DNA of 27,421 bases, taken from an uncultured Gammaproteobacteria bacterium (GTDB lineage Bacteria; Patescibacteriota; Microgenomatia; UBA1406; GWC2-37-13). The notes beneath the pieces were generated by a model that worked only from the letters and a program-made list of their open reading frames with translations, had not been told where the DNA came from and did not search any database. The DNA is taken from contig CAYINK010000001.1 of assembly GCA_964364765.1 (NCBI GenBank), positions 1 through 27,421 of the forward strand, given 5' to 3'. Both the position numbers and the translations under genes were made by a program. Every line of letters begins with the position of its first letter. Positions within the stretch are counted from its first letter, which is position 1. Shown here piece after piece: positions 25,008-27,421 of the stretch.

Positions 25008-27044
25008 TTAGTTATTGGCAATCTTTGCACCTTCTATTTGGCTTTGAAGCACTGCTTGGGAATAAAGGTGGGGATATTTTTCGAGAATATATTGTGCGGC
25101 ATTCTTCGCCTGTTGCATAAGGGGGACATCACTTAAAGATGCAATTTTTAACTTCAGATAGCCATGTTGTTTTGTTCCAAATATATTTCCCGCACCCCTC
25201 TGGCCAAGATCATATTCAGCAAGTTTGACCCCATTACTTGTTGCCGCAAAAAAATGAAGGCGTTTCAATTTACTCTCGTCCTGTATTTCTGAGAACAGGT
25301 AACAATATGACTGAACATTCCCTCGGCCAACGCGGCCTCGTAGTTGATGAAGCTGTGCGAGTCCAAAACGCTCCGCACCTTCGATAATCATGATGGTTGC
25401 ATTCGGAATATCTATTCCCACCTCCACTACCGACGTGGAAACGAGTATATCAATCTTGCCTTCTGAAAATTCTTTCATAATTAATTCTTTTTCCCTGGGT
25501 TTCAGTTTTCCGTGAAGAAGCGCAACCCGTAAACCTTTAAATACGTCATTTTTCAAATGTTCATACTCTTTTTTTGCGGCCTTGACGGTGAGCAGAGTCT
25601 CACTTTCTGATTCCTCAATAAGAGGACAAATAATGAATACCTGAACGCGCTCCTCTTTGACTTTTTTATCAATCCAAACATAAGCGGCCGATCTTTTTGT
25701 GAGCGGAACAAGGAATGTTTTTATGGGAAGACGGCCGAGAGGCATTTGCGTAATAGTGGAAAGGTCCAGATCACCATAAAGAGTCAGAGCAAGCGTACGA
25801 GGAATGGGAGTTGCGGTCATAGTAAGGAGGTGCGGTTCTTTTCCCTTTTCTTTGAGCAATGATCTTTGAGCCACACCAAATCTATGCTGTTCATCGATCA
25901 CAATAAGCCCAACTTTATCAAATATAAGAGAGGAGGTCAGCAATGCCTGTGTACCAATAATAATGTCATACTCTTGACCCTTTTTCATAGATTTTTGTGA
26001 ACCGGTCTGTATGGCAATTTTAAGCGGCAATGATTTAAAAAGTTTCTGAACCGTATGATAGTGTTGAGTTGCTAATATTTCGGTTGGTGCCATTATAAGT
26101 GTCTGGTATCCATTAAGATATGAGACATATGCCGCAACAGCCGCAACTACCGTCTTACCCGACCCTACATCCCCCTGCAGGAATCGATTCATAGGATGCG
26201 TCTTCAGAAGATCTTTCCTTATCTCATCAATTGAAATTTTTTGATCTTCGGTAAGCTCAAAGGGAAGAGTTTTGATGAAGTTATCTATCATCAATCTTCT
26301 ATCTTCACCAATAGTAAAAGGGTGTTTCACGTTTTTCTTCTGCCATTCCCGTCGAACCATTTGTGAATACATATGGAGGCCAAGAAGTTCGTCAAAACCT
26401 AATCTTTTTCGGGATTCGATGAGGTTACTTTTTGATCGGGGAAAATGCACCCCCATATATGCCTCATGTTGAACAATAAGATTATTAAACTTCAAAACTT
26501 CTGCTGGTAAGTGGTCGACAGGTTCACTTATATTTTTCAAGTGAATGACTATGTGAAATACTTTCTCCCGTATTGTCTTTGAAGAAAGGCCACGAATCTC
26601 TGAATAGATGGGTATGATGCGATTAGTATGGATTGTCTGCTCTTTTGCAAGCTCCCATTCACTTGGTTGGATAGATATTTTTCCTGCGAACCTGACCACC
26701 TCCCCCGCCACATAGATTGACATCCCTTCTTTCAGGACGTGCACGAGGTAGGGTTGATTAATCCAGGTAAGGGTGAGGCGGGCAGTTTCATCTTGTATGG
26801 TAATTTTTTGTAATCGAAACCCACGTCTGGTCATCTCGTTCCTAGATTGTACAATCATTCCCTTCACCGTCACTACTTCTCCTTCCTGGATACGGGCAAT
26901 AGGAGTAATGAGTGAGTAGTCCTCATAACGGAATGGAAAATAATTAAGAAGGTCAAAGTAAGTATTAAGCCCTAATGTTTTGAACCTATGGATGGTGACG
27001 GGGCTTGTGGCGGGTAATGACTCAATGGGGGTGTCGAGTAACAT
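25008..27044 (-). CDS. recG: ATP-dependent DNA helicase RecG
   Basis: DLLNYFPFRYED, RKRLGFDEL, LPFELTEDQ, MNRFLQGDVGSGKT, IDEQHRFGVAQR, MTATPIPRTL, ERFGLAQLHQLRGRVGRG. Start MLLDTP at 27044 (TATTAT 7 nt upstream). Confidence 0.97.
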   Translation of the reverse strand: MLLDTPIESLPATSPVTIHRFKTLGLNTYFDLLNYFPFRYEDYSLITPIARIQEGEVVTVKGMIVQSRNEMTRRGFRLQKITIQDETARLTLTWINQPYLVHVLKEGMSIYVAGEVVRFAGKISIQPSEWELAKEQTIHTNRIIPIYSEIRGLSSKTIREKVFHIVIHLKNISEPVDHLPAEVLKFNNLIVQHEAYMGVHFPRSKSNLIESRKRLGFDELLGLHMYSQMVRREWQKKNVKHPFTIGEDRRLMIDNFIKTLPFELTEDQKISIDEIRKDLLKTHPMNRFLQGDVGSGKTVVAAVAAYVSYLNGYQTLIMAPTEILATQHYHTVQKLFKSLPLKIAIQTGSQKSMKKGQEYDIIIGTQALLTSSLIFDKVGLIVIDEQHRFGVAQRSLLKEKGKEPHLLTMTATPIPRTLALTLYGDLDLSTITQMPLGRLPIKTFLVPLTKRSAAYVWIDKKVKEERVQVFIICPLIEESESETLLTVKAAKKEYEHLKNDVFKGLRVALLHGKLKPREKELIMKEFSEGKIDILVSTSVVEVGIDIPNATIMIIEGAERFGLAQLHQLRGRVGRGNVQSYCYLFSEIQDESKLKRLHFFAATSNGVKLAEYDLGQRGAGNIFGTKQHGYLKLKIASLSDVPLMQQAKNAAQYILEKYPHLYSQAVLQSQIEGAKIANN

Positions 27045-27135
27045 ACTTTCAATAATAGTGTTAAAACCATACACTTCACGCAAACTTACTTTGAGATGAA
27101 CTAAGAAAATTTTTCACACCTTCCTTTGGCGGCAA

Positions 27136-27421
27136 TTAAATCTTTATGCTTAAATTTGCCATATCTTGTTTCAGCTTCCAAAGCCCCCGCAAAACTTCTG
27201 GATGGCAATTTCTCATTTTTTCTATTTTACCACAAATACAATCGTGATGTCCTTTAAGACGATGCTTTGGAGCTAAATCCTCTTCAATCTTCACCCATTC
27301 GCTGTTGTATTTTCGTAGCAAGTGCAATAAATCTTTTATGGTTGTAGTCGTCGGTTTTTCCTGCCTCAAATACCACTCAATAAAGCCCCAGACTCCATGA
27401 CTATACTGACCCCACGGCCAA
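27136..27421 (-). CDS. 3' end of a gene starting beyond the window; C-terminal SEC-C-like Zn motif; possibly a prokaryotic E2-fold protein
   Basis: The frame of the 77-aa track ORF is open to the window edge: ...WPWGQYSHGVWGFIEWYLRQEK...LKGHHDCICGKIEKMRNCHPE; C-x-C-x8-C-H spacing is identical to SEC-C. Confidence 0.6.
   Translation of the reverse strand, partial: WPWGQYSHGVWGFIEWYLRQEKPTTTTIKDLLHLLRKYNSEWVKIEEDLAPKHRLKGHHDCICGKIEKMRNCHPEVLRGLWKLKQDMANLSIKI

Noticed and set aside
1-27421. CRISPR arrays, tRNA/rRNA genes, IS or prophage genes
   Set aside because: No regularly spaced repeats, cloverleafs, or transposase/integrase motifs seen; nearly all sequence is accounted for by CDSs.

Overview
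AT-rich, very tightly packed 27.4 kb window that looks like a Patescibacteria/CPR (Microgenomates-like) chromosome segment. This assignment is an inference from pilin style, the rpmF-nusB-rnc-rpsP order and the absence of secretin genes; the genetic code is standard. It holds a near-complete type IV pilus locus: pilB-pilT-pilC, a major pilin with its own promoter and terminator, six clustered pilins, pilM-N-O, and one orphan pilin. An adjoining ~12 kb glycosylation block encodes five integral-membrane lipid-linked-sugar transferase-like proteins (unnamed GT-C, O-antigen-ligase/PglL-like, GT87-like, YfhO, DUF2723/TMEM260-like), two GT2 enzymes and a SAM methyltransferase. The left edge carries a divergent MreB homolog that the ORF track missed, with both conserved glutamates replaced by lysines. 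The right part holds housekeeping genes (rpsP, rnc, nusB, rpmF [missed by the track], recG) and the 3' end of a gene with a SEC-C-type Zn motif that may be a CBASS-type E2 protein. Best leads: a putative multi-enzyme pilin glycosylation system, pilins with ferredoxin-like Cys tails, a putative pseudo-ATPase MreB, and near-leaderless promoters before most first genes. No CRISPR array, tRNA, rRNA or transposase was seen. All family calls come from motif recognition by eye, not database searches.
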